Of a stretch of 64,000 nucleotides of DNA, positions 38,154 to 48,349 are shown one piece after another. The position numbers were made by a program, and so were the translations under genes. How positions within the stretch are numbered: position 1 is the stretch's first letter; each line of letters begins with the position of its first letter. The stretch spans positions 131,894 through 195,893 of the forward strand of contig JACIWA010000003.1 in assembly GCA_014361195.1 (NCBI GenBank), given 5' to 3'. The DNA comes from Thermoplasmatales archaeon. Lineage in GTDB: Archaea; Thermoplasmatota; E2; UBA202; JdFR-43. The notes beneath the pieces were generated by a model. The model made no database searches and was not told the DNA's origin. It was given only the letters and a program-made list of their open reading frames with translations.

Positions 38154-39166
38154 AAATCAAATAAATTTTTTTGTTTCAGTTTCTTTGCAAAGTTCTTATA
38201 CTTCTCAATTGCATTAATAACTCTTTCCTTATTAAAATCATGCTCATCACACATAAAACTAATTGTTGCTTTCTCATCTATTTCACTCCATTCTAAGTTA
38301 TAATCTGGATTTATATCTGGCTCGAGAAATATTTTCCTCACCTCTTCATATCCTTCTATATTCAAAATATTTTTTTCTATCAAATTTTCTATGCAACCAT
38401 GCTCCTTTATTAGTTTCAAAGCCTTTTTAGGCCCTATTCCTTCCACTCCTTCATTAAAGTCTGTGCCAATTAAAATCGCTATATCCACAATTTGCTCCCT
38501 GGTTATTCCATTATCTTCAAAAATTCTCTCACTCAATATTTCCTCAGGATAAACATCTACATATATCCGCTTATTCGATAATTTTCTCCTTCCAGTAATA
38601 GCAAGATTTCTTATCAGCATTTTAGCTCCAAAAAGAATTGAATCATAATCCTGAGAGGCAACTCCATAAACATCACCCCTCATATTCATGTAAGCAGCCT
38701 GCCCCTCCCCCTCGCCCTTTGCCTCTATATAAGGGATGCCCAAGTAATGAAGCAATTCTTTAGATTGGTTTATTATTTTCTCATTTATTGTTCCACTTCT
38801 CTTTGCTTTTTTAAGAGCTTCTTCAATATCTCCCTCTTTTAATGCCTCTTCCCATTCTTCTCTTGCAGTCTCCCTTATTTCCTTCCTCTTTTTCAAAACC
38901 CTTAATTTTAAAGGATGTGGTTCTCCGTCAAAAACATATACAGGTTTTATTCCATATTCAACAAAATTTGCGGTTCTGTAAAAAATTCCTGATAGATGAG
39001 AAGTTATATTTCCTTTTCTATCTTTAAGTGATGTACCATCTATCTGGCGAATTATTGCAATAAACTGATGAATTGCATTAAATGCATCAATTGCAATTAT
39101 TTTTCCAGATAGATCAGAAATTTCTATTTTCCTTGCAGATATAAATGGCTTTAAATTTACTCCCAT
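38150..39166 (-). CDS. fen: Flap endonuclease 1
   Basis: AIDAFN, PVYVFDG, EGEGQAA, SQDYD, GTDFN, C-terminal PIP box QKNLFDF. Confidence 0.96.
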   Translation of the reverse strand: MGVNLKPFISARKIEISDLSGKIIAIDAFNAIHQFIAIIRQIDGTSLKDRKGNITSHLSGIFYRTANFVEYGIKPVYVFDGEPHPLKLRVLKKRKEIRETAREEWEEALKEGDIEEALKKAKRSGTINEKIINQSKELLHYLGIPYIEAKGEGEGQAAYMNMRGDVYGVASQDYDSILFGAKMLIRNLAITGRRKLSNKRIYVDVYPEEILSERIFEDNGITREQIVDIAILIGTDFNEGVEGIGPKKALKLIKEHGCIENLIEKNILNIEGYEEVRKIFLEPDINPDYNLEWSEIDEKATISFMCDEHDFNKERVINAIEKYKNFAKKLKQKNLFDF

Positions 39167-39513
39167 TTTACCTCAAACCATTCAACCTTTTTTCTTTCAA
39201 CAAGTTCCTTTATTCTTTTTTCCTCCTCGCTTAATCTGCTATTTCCAGTTTTGAACTCAACGAATATAATTTTATCATCTTCAAACTGTATTCCATCTAT
39301 TGGAGAGCCAATAAATCTGAATTTTTTTGTTTCATAGGGATAATTTTTCATAAATGGTGCAAATTGCTCCATGATTTTTCCGTGCAATATAGAAATACTT
39401 TTCTTATCCTTCTTTAAAGGATATACAACTTTTCTGTAGATATATATAACTCCCGCAAGAAAACCAAATAGAAGACCAATAAGAAATACATAGATATAAA
39501 CAAAAGGATCCAT
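39157..39513 (-). CDS. Membrane-anchored Holliday-junction-resolvase-like endonuclease
   Basis: N-terminal TM; GKIMEQFAPF, FIGSPIDG, IIFVEFKTG. Confidence 0.82.
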   Translation of the reverse strand: MDPFVYIYVFLIGLLFGFLAGVIYIYRKVVYPLKKDKKSISILHGKIMEQFAPFMKNYPYETKKFRFIGSPIDGIQFEDDKIIFVEFKTGNSRLSEEEKRIKELVERKKVEWFEVKWE

Positions 39514-40200
39514 TTACTCACCCATCCTTTTTTTAAATAAATATATAAGATTGTTCCATCCATCCCTCCATGATTGTATTTTTGCCCTTCCTTCCCTTTC
39601 ATATAAAAAAGAATCTATTTCTTTAGCCCCTGCTTTTTTAAACATTTCAATTTTTATTTCTTCAGAGAAAGCCATTCCATCACTAAATTCCTCTATGTTT
39701 TTTATTTTTTTAATTGCATCCTTCCTTATTATCCACATCCCAGATTGGGAATCTTTTATTTTTAGCCCGTATAAAATGCGGAGGGTTAATGATAGAATTA
39801 AATTCCCGATGAGATGCTTAAAAGACATTGCTCCTTTCTCAAGCCCAGCAAACCTGTTTGTTGTTATAAAATCAAGATTTTCTTTAAGCAGGATATCAAC
39901 ATATTCATGGGCAATTTCAAAGGGATAGGTTGCATCTGCATCCCCTGTAATTATTATTTCCCCGCTTGCTTTACTCAACCCTGTTTTATATGCTCTTCCA
40001 TATCCCTTTCTTGGCTCAATTATTATTTTTGCCCCCTTTTCTTTTGCAATCTCTCTTGTCGCATCTTTTGAATTTCCATCAACTACAATAATTTCTACAT
40101 CCATTCCTCTTTTCTTAAATTCTTCCTTGTTGATTTTATCAATTGTCCTTCCTATTCCTTTCTCTTCATTTAGTGCGGGTATAACAAAGCTAACTTTCAT
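39514..40200 (-). CDS. Glycosyltransferase family 2 (DPM synthase-like)
   Basis: VIPALNEE, VVDGNSKD, GYGRAY, DADATY, DSQSG. Confidence 0.9.
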   Translation of the reverse strand: MKVSFVIPALNEEKGIGRTIDKINKEEFKKRGMDVEIIVVDGNSKDATREIAKEKGAKIIIEPRKGYGRAYKTGLSKASGEIIITGDADATYPFEIAHEYVDILLKENLDFITTNRFAGLEKGAMSFKHLIGNLILSLTLRILYGLKIKDSQSGMWIIRKDAIKKIKNIEEFSDGMAFSEEIKIEMFKKAGAKEIDSFLYEREGRAKIQSWRDGWNNLIYLFKKRMGE

Positions 40201-40277
40201 TATCAAGATAATATGACTAACTTATATTTTTTTGGTTTTTGCTGAAAAGATTTTTATTCTTCCCATCTTTTATTTTT

Positions 40278-40715
40278 ATGAAAGTAATGATAGTTATGGC
40301 CTCGCCAAGTGATGAAGGCATTGGAAAAAAAGCTGCAGAAGTCCTTGAAAAATTTGGTGTGCCATATGAAATGGTATTCGCCTCCGCTCACAGAACACCC
40401 GAAAAGATAAAAGAAATTGCAGAAAGTGACGCGGATATATTTATTGCGATCGCTGGCCTATCAGCAGCCCTTCCAGGAAGTATTGCCTCCCTTACAACAA
40501 AGCCGGTTATAGGTGTGCCAGTCTCAGGAAAGCTCAACTTGGATGCCATTCTTTCAATTGTGCAGATGCCGCCGGGCGTGCCTGTCGCTGCGGTGGGGCT
40601 TGATAGAGGAGAAAATGCTGCCCTGCTTGCGGTGGAGATTCTTGCTCTAAAGTATGAAGGGCTTGTGGAAAAGCTTGAGGAGGAAAGAAAAAGAGCGAGG
40701 GAGAAATATGCTTGA
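40278..40715 (+). CDS. purE: N5-CAIR mutase/AIR carboxylase PurE
   Basis: [27 protein letters not shown]. Confidence 0.95.
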   Translation: MKVMIVMASPSDEGIGKKAAEVLEKFGVPYEMVFASAHRTPEKIKEIAESDADIFIAIAGLSAALPGSIASLTTKPVIGVPVSGKLNLDAILSIVQMPPGVPVAAVGLDRGENAALLAVEILALKYEGLVEKLEEERKRAREKYA

Positions 40716-41652
40716 TGAAAAGGAGTTTGTTGAGGAAGCGGTTGGGAAGCTTAGGAGGGAAGTTAAAGGGAAGGCAATAATTGCGGTATCTGGTGGGGTT
40801 GATTCTGCGGTTGCTGCAAAAATAGGGAGCATTGCTCTCGGGAAAAATTTGATTGCGGTTCATGTTGATACTGGCTTAATGAGAGAAGGAGAAAGTGAAG
40901 AAGTTAGGAAATTTTATGAAGGGAAGGATATAAACTTCATTTTTGTTGACGCAAGCAAAGATTTCATAAGTGCTTTAAAAGGCGTCGTTGATCCCGAAGA
41001 AAAAAGGAGAATAATAGGGGAAAAGTTTATAAGAATATTTGAAGAAATTGCAAAAAAAGAAAATGCGGAATATTTAATTCAGGGCACAATTGCACCAGAT
41101 TGGATTGAGAGTGGAGGAGGGGTCAGGGATAGAATAAAGAGTCACCATAATGTTGCTGGATTGCCTGAGAAAATAAGCTTTAAGATAATTGAGCCATTGA
41201 GAGAGCTATACAAGGATGAGGTAAGAAAAGTTGCAAAATATCTTGGGATAGAGACTCATGAAAGACAGCCATTTCCTGGGCCAGGGCTTGCGGTAAGGAT
41301 ATTAGGAGAAGTAAATGAGGAAAGAATAAAAATTGTTAGGAAAGCATGCAAAATTGTTGAAGAAGAAATAGAAAATTTTTGCAAGGAGAGAAATATGGCA
41401 AAACCTTGGCAATATTTTGCGGTTTTATTGCCTGTTAGAAGTGTTGGGGTTCATGGTGATAGAAGAGCTTATGGTTATACAATAGCTATAAGAAGTGTTG
41501 ATTCTTCTGATGCAATGAGTGCGAGCTATTCAAAATTGCCTCACGAGCTTCTTGAAAAAATTGCGAGCAGAATAGTGAATGAAATAAAGGATGTGAATAG
41601 AGTTGTATATGATATTTCAAACAAACCACCAGCAACAATTGAATGGGAATAA
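40708..41652 (+). CDS. guaAB: GMP synthase subunit B (ATP pyrophosphatase)
   Basis: [34 protein letters not shown]. Confidence 0.95.
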   Translation: MLDEKEFVEEAVGKLRREVKGKAIIAVSGGVDSAVAAKIGSIALGKNLIAVHVDTGLMREGESEEVRKFYEGKDINFIFVDASKDFISALKGVVDPEEKRRIIGEKFIRIFEEIAKKENAEYLIQGTIAPDWIESGGGVRDRIKSHHNVAGLPEKISFKIIEPLRELYKDEVRKVAKYLGIETHERQPFPGPGLAVRILGEVNEERIKIVRKACKIVEEEIENFCKERNMAKPWQYFAVLLPVRSVGVHGDRRAYGYTIAIRSVDSSDAMSASYSKLPHELLEKIASRIVNEIKDVNRVVYDISNKPPATIEWE

Positions 41653-41653
41653 A

Positions 41654-42289
41654 ATGGAATGGGAAAAATGGGAAAATATATATAAAGAAATTTTAGAAGA
41701 TTTTGGTTATAACAAGGAAAAAGATGAAGAAAGTGCCAAAATTGCGGAAGAATTATCCTCAAAAAATAAAAAGGCGGATGAAAATTATTTAAGAGATATT
41801 ATTGAAGGAAGGGTTGTAAGTGTATGTGGTGCAGCAATTTCTGGGGAGGATATAAAGAAAATTGAGGGATTAATAATTTCTGCGGATGAAACAACATCTT
41901 TTTTGATAAAAAATGGAATTTATCCAGATATAATAGTAACTGATCTAGATGGAAATATGGAAGATATATTAAAAGCAAATGAAAATGGGAGCCTAGTGAT
42001 AGTCCATGCTCACGGAGATAATATAGAGCTAATAAAAAAATATTTAACAAAATTTAAAGGAATTATAATGATAACAACTCAATCAAAACCTCATGGAAGT
42101 GTTTATAACTTTGGTGGGTTTACAGATGGAGATAGGGCATATTGTATTGCAAAGCATTTCAATGCAAAGAGAATAAATTTAATCGGGTTTAATCTTTCAA
42201 ATCCAATTAAAAAAGAAGGGAAAAAATTAGAAATTAAAAGAAAAAAATTAGAATGGGCTAAGAAAATTATGGATACATGTAGTCAGTGA
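41654..42289 (+). CDS. mptE: 6-hydroxymethyl-7,8-dihydropterin pyrophosphokinase (DUF115)
   Basis: PDIIVTDLDG, VHAHGDN, NFGGFTDGDRA. Confidence 0.88.
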   Translation: MEWEKWENIYKEILEDFGYNKEKDEESAKIAEELSSKNKKADENYLRDIIEGRVVSVCGAAISGEDIKKIEGLIISADETTSFLIKNGIYPDIIVTDLDGNMEDILKANENGSLVIVHAHGDNIELIKKYLTKFKGIIMITTQSKPHGSVYNFGGFTDGDRAYCIAKHFNAKRINLIGFNLSNPIKKEGKKLEIKRKKLEWAKKIMDTCSQ

Positions 42290-43154
42290 AGTTGTCCACA
42301 TAGAAAGGATCTACTTTTATTGCATACTTCTTTGCCCACTCCTTCATTTTTTGCACCGCATATGCAGAATCTTGCTCAAAATTATTATAGAAATTCCACC
42401 CTTCCATTTGATAGTATGTAAATACTCCATTTTTCATTGTTGAATCTCCATCATATGAATATTGTTTATTGCTTGCAAAAGCCCCAAGTCTGTTTGTTAT
42501 AACCGCTTTCTGAAAATCTCCTATTTGACATGCATCAAATGCAAAATAGATGTGTGATGAATCCGCACTGCTGAATTTTGATACAAACCAGCTGTTTGTC
42601 ATCAAATACATGTCATGTGAAATCATACATGATCCATATTTTCTATATCTTGCTCCATGACCTGAATATGTAAATACCACATAGTCATCCGCATCTTCAT
42701 TTGCAAGTAGCTGATTTATTGCATTATCTATGTTGGTTGCGGTCGCCTGGCTGTCTAAGATGATTGTTACACTATATCCCTTTCCCTGTAGGAAATTTTT
42801 CCAATCCACAGCGTCATCATCGCAATAATTCAAATCATTTGATGTTCCTTCATAATCTGATATTCCTATGCAGAGAGCCCATTTCCTAATTACTCCATCT
42901 CCCGTGGTGGCTTTTGGTGTTATATCTGTTGTTTCAATTTTATCAGATTTTGCAATCCTGGCAAAATTTTCATAATTTACAACTTCACCATCATTTATAT
43001 CTAATATAACACCTTCTTCTGTATATAACGGAACAACCTTTCTTGTTTCCATGTATATTCTTGCCTTAAAATTTGTATCATTGCTTTTTTCACTATATGT
43101 CATGCTAACACAAAGCATTATTACAACTAAAAATATAGCCAATATTTTATTCAT
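42267..43154 (-). CDS. Secreted caspase-family (peptidase C14) protein
   Basis: Signal peptide; KWALCIGISDY, LNYCDDDA, FTYSGHG, FDAC, NGVFTY. Confidence 0.88.
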   Translation of the reverse strand: MNKILAIFLVVIMLCVSMTYSEKSNDTNFKARIYMETRKVVPLYTEEGVILDINDGEVVNYENFARIAKSDKIETTDITPKATTGDGVIRKWALCIGISDYEGTSNDLNYCDDDAVDWKNFLQGKGYSVTIILDSQATATNIDNAINQLLANEDADDYVVFTYSGHGARYRKYGSCMISHDMYLMTNSWFVSKFSSADSSHIYFAFDACQIGDFQKAVITNRLGAFASNKQYSYDGDSTMKNGVFTYYQMEGWNFYNNFEQDSAYAVQKMKEWAKKYAIKVDPFYVDNFTDYMYP

Positions 43155-43246
43155 TTTTATCACTATACTAAACACAAATCCCATTTAAATATTTTACCCA
43201 AAAATTTTTTATAAATGTTACATTACAATACTTACAGGGTGATAAT

Positions 43247-43510
43247 ATGAAAAGCGATGAATTGAAGAATGTATATAGGATGCTCGAAGAACTATCAGAA
43301 GATATATCTGTCCCAAGAAATGTTAGGAGAGGGGCAAAAGAAGCGATGGATGCTCTTAATAGAAAGGATGAAAGCTTAGATGTTAAAATAGCATCCGCTA
43401 TCTCTATCCTGGATGAAGTAGCAAATGACCCAAATACACCTATTCATGGTAGAACCGCGATCTGGAATATAATGGGTGCTCTGGAAAGCATTTCAGCAAA
43501 AATAAAATAA
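43247..43510 (+). CDS. UPF0147 family protein
   Basis: DISVPRNVRR, LDEVANDPNTPIHGRTAIW. Confidence 0.9.
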   Translation: MKSDELKNVYRMLEELSEDISVPRNVRRGAKEAMDALNRKDESLDVKIASAISILDEVANDPNTPIHGRTAIWNIMGALESISAKIK

Positions 43511-43525
43511 AAAAAGGGAAGAGGT

Positions 43526-43729
43526 TTATTTTTTCTTCAAGAATGGCAAGCCAGTCCTTGGGTTTTCTACCACTGTGTAGCCGGGGGGCATGTCGCATTG
43601 TTTGCCACTCTTTGGTTTTCCTGAGCTAAAGAAGTATATTGTTTGCTTTTTCCCCCCTTTCAGTGTAACATCTCTTGTATAAAGTGTGTATTTCTTTTTG
43701 TTTTTCTTGCTTATGTATTCGTAGGCCAT
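43526..43729 (-). CDS. Small basic hypothetical protein
   Basis: 67 aa, Lys-rich, QTIYFFS and ENPRTGLPFLKKK motifs; GGAGG RBS; pyrimidine terminator downstream. Confidence 0.8.
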   Translation of the reverse strand: MAYEYISKKNKKKYTLYTRDVTLKGGKKQTIYFFSSGKPKSGKQCDMPPGYTVVENPRTGLPFLKKK

Positions 43730-43835
43730 TTTTATCGCCTCCTTATAGATATGTAATAGGAGAATTTAAACCCTTCGATATTTTCAGGGATAAGCTTAAA
43801 AAGGATTTTATATCATTTTTCAATTACCCGTTTAA

Positions 43836-44636
43836 ATGTTGATAGTAAAGGCATTGCTATGGTATATATCCTTATTGTTGGTTCTGATGTGCATTGGAAT
43901 ATTGATATTTGACGAGGAAAGAAAAATATCAAGGAAAACATGTTATAGGAGAGTTAAAGATGGGATGGGCTATTTAATCATACTCATATTTGTTATGGTT
44001 ATGATAAAAATTGAGAATATATTGCAGGATAATTTTTCAATAGGTCGCGATTTTACACCCCTGATATATGGAATTGAAGGAACCTCTCATATAGTTTTTT
44101 TACAAAATTTAATTAATAACAATTTTTTCATTCATTTTGTCTCTGTATTTTATCTTGTATCATTCATGTATGTAATTATCTTCACCCCCATTATTTTTAT
44201 TTTGAGAGGAGAAGAAAATTTTGCAAAGATTTCAACATATGCAATATTGATAAACTACTTAGTACTTGTTCCTTTCTATCTCTTTTTTAATGTGAGTGTT
44301 ACATCTTCATATCCTGAGGTAAAGCCAATATTATATTCAAATCCAAATTATATGTCACTCGTCCTCCTTGCGGATAGATTAACTGATAATTTTCCAAGTG
44401 GCCATATAAGTGTTCTTGTTCCCCTTTCTCTTATTGTTTTTTCTCATCCAAATATGAAAAGATATAAAATTTTAGTATTTTTCACAACAATTTTTATGCC
44501 CTTTGTCATTCTTTATCTTGGAATACACTGGTTGATGGATATTTTTTCTGGTTTAATACTCGGCATCTCATCTTATTTCATCGCAAAAAATGAAAAAGCG
44601 AGCAAATTTTTTGACAAAATTATAGGAAAATTTTAA
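43836..44636 (+). CDS. PAP2/inositolphosphotransferase (Aur1-like) membrane protein
   Basis: DNFPSGH and YLGIHWLMD motifs, multiple TMs. Confidence 0.8.
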   Translation: MLIVKALLWYISLLLVLMCIGILIFDEERKISRKTCYRRVKDGMGYLIILIFVMVMIKIENILQDNFSIGRDFTPLIYGIEGTSHIVFLQNLINNNFFIHFVSVFYLVSFMYVIIFTPIIFILRGEENFAKISTYAILINYLVLVPFYLFFNVSVTSSYPEVKPILYSNPNYMSLVLLADRLTDNFPSGHISVLVPLSLIVFSHPNMKRYKILVFFTTIFMPFVILYLGIHWLMDIFSGLILGISSYFIAKNEKASKFFDKIIGKF

Positions 44637-44659
44637 ATTTAAGAAAACTCTATTATCTA

Positions 44660-45253
44660 ATGAAAAAAATAATTTGTTTCCTGTTCATAATGCTTATATC
44701 AATTACTTTGGCGGATGAAAAAGAAGTTGAGAATATAGGCATTGCAAATGAAGAAATTTTGATAAAAGGAAAAGATGTTTTTGAGGATATAAATTTTAAG
44801 AACATAGGTAAAAAAATTTATACTGAAAATATAAAAATATGGATTTGCTCAATTGATGCAGAGGTATCAATTGAAGGAAAAAGATTTAAATATGAAGCGG
44901 GGAACAATACAATAGATATTTGCCTGAAAGATTTTGATATTGTTTTACTGCCAGGAAAAAATCTGATTGTAAGATTGCATTATTTAATAGATAAGAAATT
45001 TGAGAAAAAGATAATATATCCAACGGATCAAATTGAAATAAAAATAATAACAGATAGCTTTTTAAGAGCAAATATCCCTATAAAATACGAAAACAACACC
45101 TATTATTCTTCATATAAGCCAAAGATAAATGAGTTTTTGCTCGTAGAATTTCAGGAAAATGAGAAGAGTATCGATCCCATCTTTATCTCCATAGGAATAT
45201 TTGCAATATTTTTAGGACTGCTGATAATATACTTAATTTTCAGAAGGTTATAG
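44660..45253 (+). CDS. Exported protein with C-terminal membrane anchor
   Basis: Signal peptide; C-terminal TM followed by RR. Confidence 0.7.
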   Translation: MKKIICFLFIMLISITLADEKEVENIGIANEEILIKGKDVFEDINFKNIGKKIYTENIKIWICSIDAEVSIEGKRFKYEAGNNTIDICLKDFDIVLLPGKNLIVRLHYLIDKKFEKKIIYPTDQIEIKIITDSFLRANIPIKYENNTYYSSYKPKINEFLLVEFQENEKSIDPIFISIGIFAIFLGLLIIYLIFRRL

Positions 45254-45631
45254 ATTATTTTCTATCCATTCCTTTAACATATCTGCGGGCATTGCCCCAA
45301 CATTTCTATTAATAATTTCACCATTTTTTAAAATCAAGACAGTGGGAATGCTCATTATCCCAAACCTCTCGCATAATTTTTCATTTTCATCAGTATTAAC
45401 TTTTCCAAAAATTGCCCTCCCCTTCATCTCTTTTGCAACTTCTTCAAAAATAGGCGAGAAAAACTTACAAGGCCCACACCATGGAGCCCAAAAATCTACT
45501 ACTATTACAGGATATTTTTTAATAATTTCATCAAAATTTTTATCTGTAAGAGTAATTGGTTTATCATCAAATTTCTTTTCCTTTATCATGTCTTTTATAA
45601 TTTTTCTCCTTATTTCATCTATCTCGCTCAT
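45248..45631 (-). CDS. trxA: Thioredoxin
   Basis: VVDFWAPWCGPC, GIMSIPT. Confidence 0.93.
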   Translation of the reverse strand: MSEIDEIRRKIIKDMIKEKKFDDKPITLTDKNFDEIIKKYPVIVVDFWAPWCGPCKFFSPIFEEVAKEMKGRAIFGKVNTDENEKLCERFGIMSIPTVLILKNGEIINRNVGAMPADMLKEWIENNL

Positions 45632-45677
45632 GCCAGTAAAATCAAAAGAAATATATAAAACCATTCTAAATTATGTC

Positions 45678-46415
45678 ATGGACTTCAGGCTGATATTAGA
45701 TTCTCATAGAAGTGCCTTTTCAAATATGGCAATAGATGAGGCAATTCTTAGGATTGGGAAACCAACTCTCCGCCTTTATAAATGGAACCCTTCAGCAATT
45801 TCCATAGGTTATTTCCAGAGCATAGAAGAGGAAGTGAATATCCCTGTATGCAAAAGGGAGGGTATAGATGTGGTGAGGCGCATAACTGGCGGGGGCGCGG
45901 TGTATCATGATTGTGAGGGAGAGATAACTTATTCTTTTGTATCCCCCGTCCATTTTTTGCCCGAGAGAACGATTGATATATACAGGGTTATATGTTCTTC
46001 AATTGCAAATGGATTGAATAAGATAGGGGTAGGAGCGAGTTTATCTGGAATAAATGATATAGTTGTTAATGGAAAAAAAATCTCAGGGAGTGCTCAGACG
46101 AAAAGGGATAAAAAAATTCTTCAGCACGGAACAATATTAGTAAGAGTAAATGTTGAAAAAATGTTTTCTCTTCTCAAAATAAGCAAGGAAAAAATAAGTG
46201 ATAAGGAAATAAAGAGGGTTGAGGATAGAGTTACTTCTATAGAAAGAGAATTGGGATACGTGAGCAATGAAAAAATTATTGATGCAATAATTGATGGATT
46301 TGCTGAAAACATGAAAATAGATTTTTATAAGGGTGAATTTGAAGAGGAGGAAATAAATTTAGCAAAAATTCTGGAGGAAAAATATGCAAGCAAAGAATGG
46401 AATTTTAAAAGGTGA
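45678..46415 (+). CDS. lplA: Lipoate-protein ligase A, catalytic subunit
   Basis: NMAIDEA, RRITGGGAVYHD, NDIVVNGKKISGSAQ, LQHGT. Confidence 0.92.
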   Translation: MDFRLILDSHRSAFSNMAIDEAILRIGKPTLRLYKWNPSAISIGYFQSIEEEVNIPVCKREGIDVVRRITGGGAVYHDCEGEITYSFVSPVHFLPERTIDIYRVICSSIANGLNKIGVGASLSGINDIVVNGKKISGSAQTKRDKKILQHGTILVRVNVEKMFSLLKISKEKISDKEIKRVEDRVTSIERELGYVSNEKIIDAIIDGFAENMKIDFYKGEFEEEEINLAKILEEKYASKEWNFKR

Positions 46416-46668
46416 GTTTAAGGTAAAAAATGGCAAATTAATCAAGTGCAAAATAGTATTAAGTAAATCAATAATTGAAGATATAAAATTTCATGGAGAT
46501 TTTTTTATTTATCCAGAAGAAAAGATTGAAGAAATTGAAGAGAAAATGAAAGGAATAAAATATGAAGAAAATGAAATAAGAAAAGCATTATATGAAAGTT
46601 TTGCTGGAGTAGAAATCATAGGAGCGGATATAGAGGATTTTTTAAAAGCAATAATGGATGCAAAATAA
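46384..46668 (+). CDS. Lipoate-protein ligase C-terminal subunit (LplB-like)
   Basis: KVKNGKLI, IKFHGDFFIYPEEKIEEIE; follows lplA. Confidence 0.85.
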   Translation: MQAKNGILKGEFKVKNGKLIKCKIVLSKSIIEDIKFHGDFFIYPEEKIEEIEEKMKGIKYEENEIRKALYESFAGVEIIGADIEDFLKAIMDAK

Positions 46669-46695
46669 ATAAAAATATATTTAACATTTCATTTC

Positions 46696-47538
46696 ATGAA
46701 AATAGTTGCAGGCTCATCTTCCAAAAATTTGGCTAAAAGAATTTCTGAAAAGACAAAAATAGAGATGGCAAATATTTTTTTGAAAAGATTTCCAGACGGA
46801 GAATGCTATGTTAGAATAGATGATGAGTTTGATCACGCAATAATTGTACAAAATACCTATCCTGATGAAAATATAGTTGAACTTTTTTTAATTCAAGATG
46901 CGGTTAGCAGATTTGCAAAAGAAATAGATATGGTTATTCCTTACTATGGGTATGGTAGGCAGGATAAAATATTTGAAAAAGGAGAAGCTATTAGTGCGGA
47001 GAAAATTGCAAAATTGATTGAAGAAAGTGCGGATAGGATAATTTTAGTAAATCCTCACAAGGAGCATATAAAAAATTTTTTTGGTATAGAGGTAAATATT
47101 TGCGACGCAACCCCATCAATTGCAAAATATTTTGATAGAAAGGTAGATGTGGTAATTTCGCCGGATGAAGGGGCAATTGAAATTGCTAAAAAGTGTGCGG
47201 AAATTTTAAATTGCGATTATCACTATTTCAGGAAAAAAAGATTAAGTGAGAATGAAGTAATCATGGAATTAAAAGATATGAATGTAGAAGGAAAAAGAGC
47301 ATTGGTTTTAGATGATATAATATCTACTGGTGGAACAATGAAAAAAGCAATCGAAATGCTAAAAAATCAGGGAGCAAAAGAAATTTATACCGCATGTATT
47401 CACGGCCTATTTATAGCTAATGCGGATGAGAAAATATTAAATGCGGGATGTAATAAGATTGTATCAACTGATACAATAGAAACAAAGTATAGCGAGGTTA
47501 GTGTTGCAAACGAAATTTCTAAATATCTCTATTCTTGA
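46696..47538 (+). CDS. prs: Ribose-phosphate pyrophosphokinase
   Basis: RFPDGE, PYYGYGRQD, SPDEGA, LDDIISTGGT. Confidence 0.95.
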   Translation: MKIVAGSSSKNLAKRISEKTKIEMANIFLKRFPDGECYVRIDDEFDHAIIVQNTYPDENIVELFLIQDAVSRFAKEIDMVIPYYGYGRQDKIFEKGEAISAEKIAKLIEESADRIILVNPHKEHIKNFFGIEVNICDATPSIAKYFDRKVDVVISPDEGAIEIAKKCAEILNCDYHYFRKKRLSENEVIMELKDMNVEGKRALVLDDIISTGGTMKKAIEMLKNQGAKEIYTACIHGLFIANADEKILNAGCNKIVSTDTIETKYSEVSVANEISKYLYS

Positions 47539-48349
47539 AAAACAGATAAGCTAATACAAGAGATAATATAATCCACATAAGGAGCATTGAAAAAAGAAAA
47601 GTATTGTTATAAAAAGAAGGATAATTAATTTGAATTGGAACTCCTCCTCTTAAAGGTGTAACATTTAAATATACAAGACTTTCAAAAGCACTCACTGGAT
47701 TTAAAGCACTTAAAATGTAGAACCAGTTTGGAGCAAGAAAATTATCATTTAAAATCTGCAAGGGATTTGATTTATATATGATTATAAGCAACCCAAAAAG
47801 TATTATTCCCCATATCATTGAGAAGAGAAACCATGTGAAGATTGCTCCCCCCATGGCGGTCGCCCTCTTTTTAAATAATGAAGAAATCATTATTGAGATT
47901 GCTACATAAACAATTCCTAAAAGTATTGAAAGGGCTATAAAGGAAAAATATTCCATCCATTTAACTTCTTTTACATTCATTCCTATTACAATTCCTGCGA
48001 TCCCAAAACCAATAAAAATTGATGATGCAATTACGCAACTAAGGCCCAAAAATTTCCCGAGCAATACCTCCCATCTTTTCACTGGATATGATAAAACAAT
48101 TGCAAGTGAGCCTCGCTCCTTTTCTCCCGCAATAGTTGCATATCCGAGCATAAGCCCCAGTATAGGAATCAAAAATTCAACAAAACTCATCATACCAACT
48201 ATTGTTGCGGAAAGACTCTGCCATTCGCCTTTGCTGAAATATGAAATAACAAGTGTTAGAATTAAAAATATTGCGGAAAGGGCAATAATCCATTTATTTC
48301 TCCAGTTATCCATGAATTCCTTTTTTGCTATCGCCAAAATTTTATTCAT
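47519..48349 (-). CDS. ABC-2 type transporter permease (NosY-like)
   Basis: IAKKEF, IAGEKERGSL, LLGKFLG. Confidence 0.88.
   Translation of the reverse strand: MNKILAIAKKEFMDNWRNKWIIALSAIFLILTLVISYFSKGEWQSLSATIVGMMSFVEFLIPILGLMLGYATIAGEKERGSLAIVLSYPVKRWEVLLGKFLGLSCVIASSIFIGFGIAGIVIGMNVKEVKWMEYFSFIALSILLGIVYVAISIMISSLFKKRATAMGGAIFTWFLFSMIWGIILFGLLIIIYKSNPLQILNDNFLAPNWFYILSALNPVSAFESLVYLNVTPLRGGVPIQINYPSFYNNTFLFSMLLMWIILSLVLAYLFFKNRDI

Noticed and set aside
45342..45677. Long N-terminal extension of lplA in the ORF track
   Set aside because: It is the antisense of trxA; the plausible start is the ATG at 45678. Similar over-extensions were trimmed for ubiX, DUF504, dtdA, guaAB and argF
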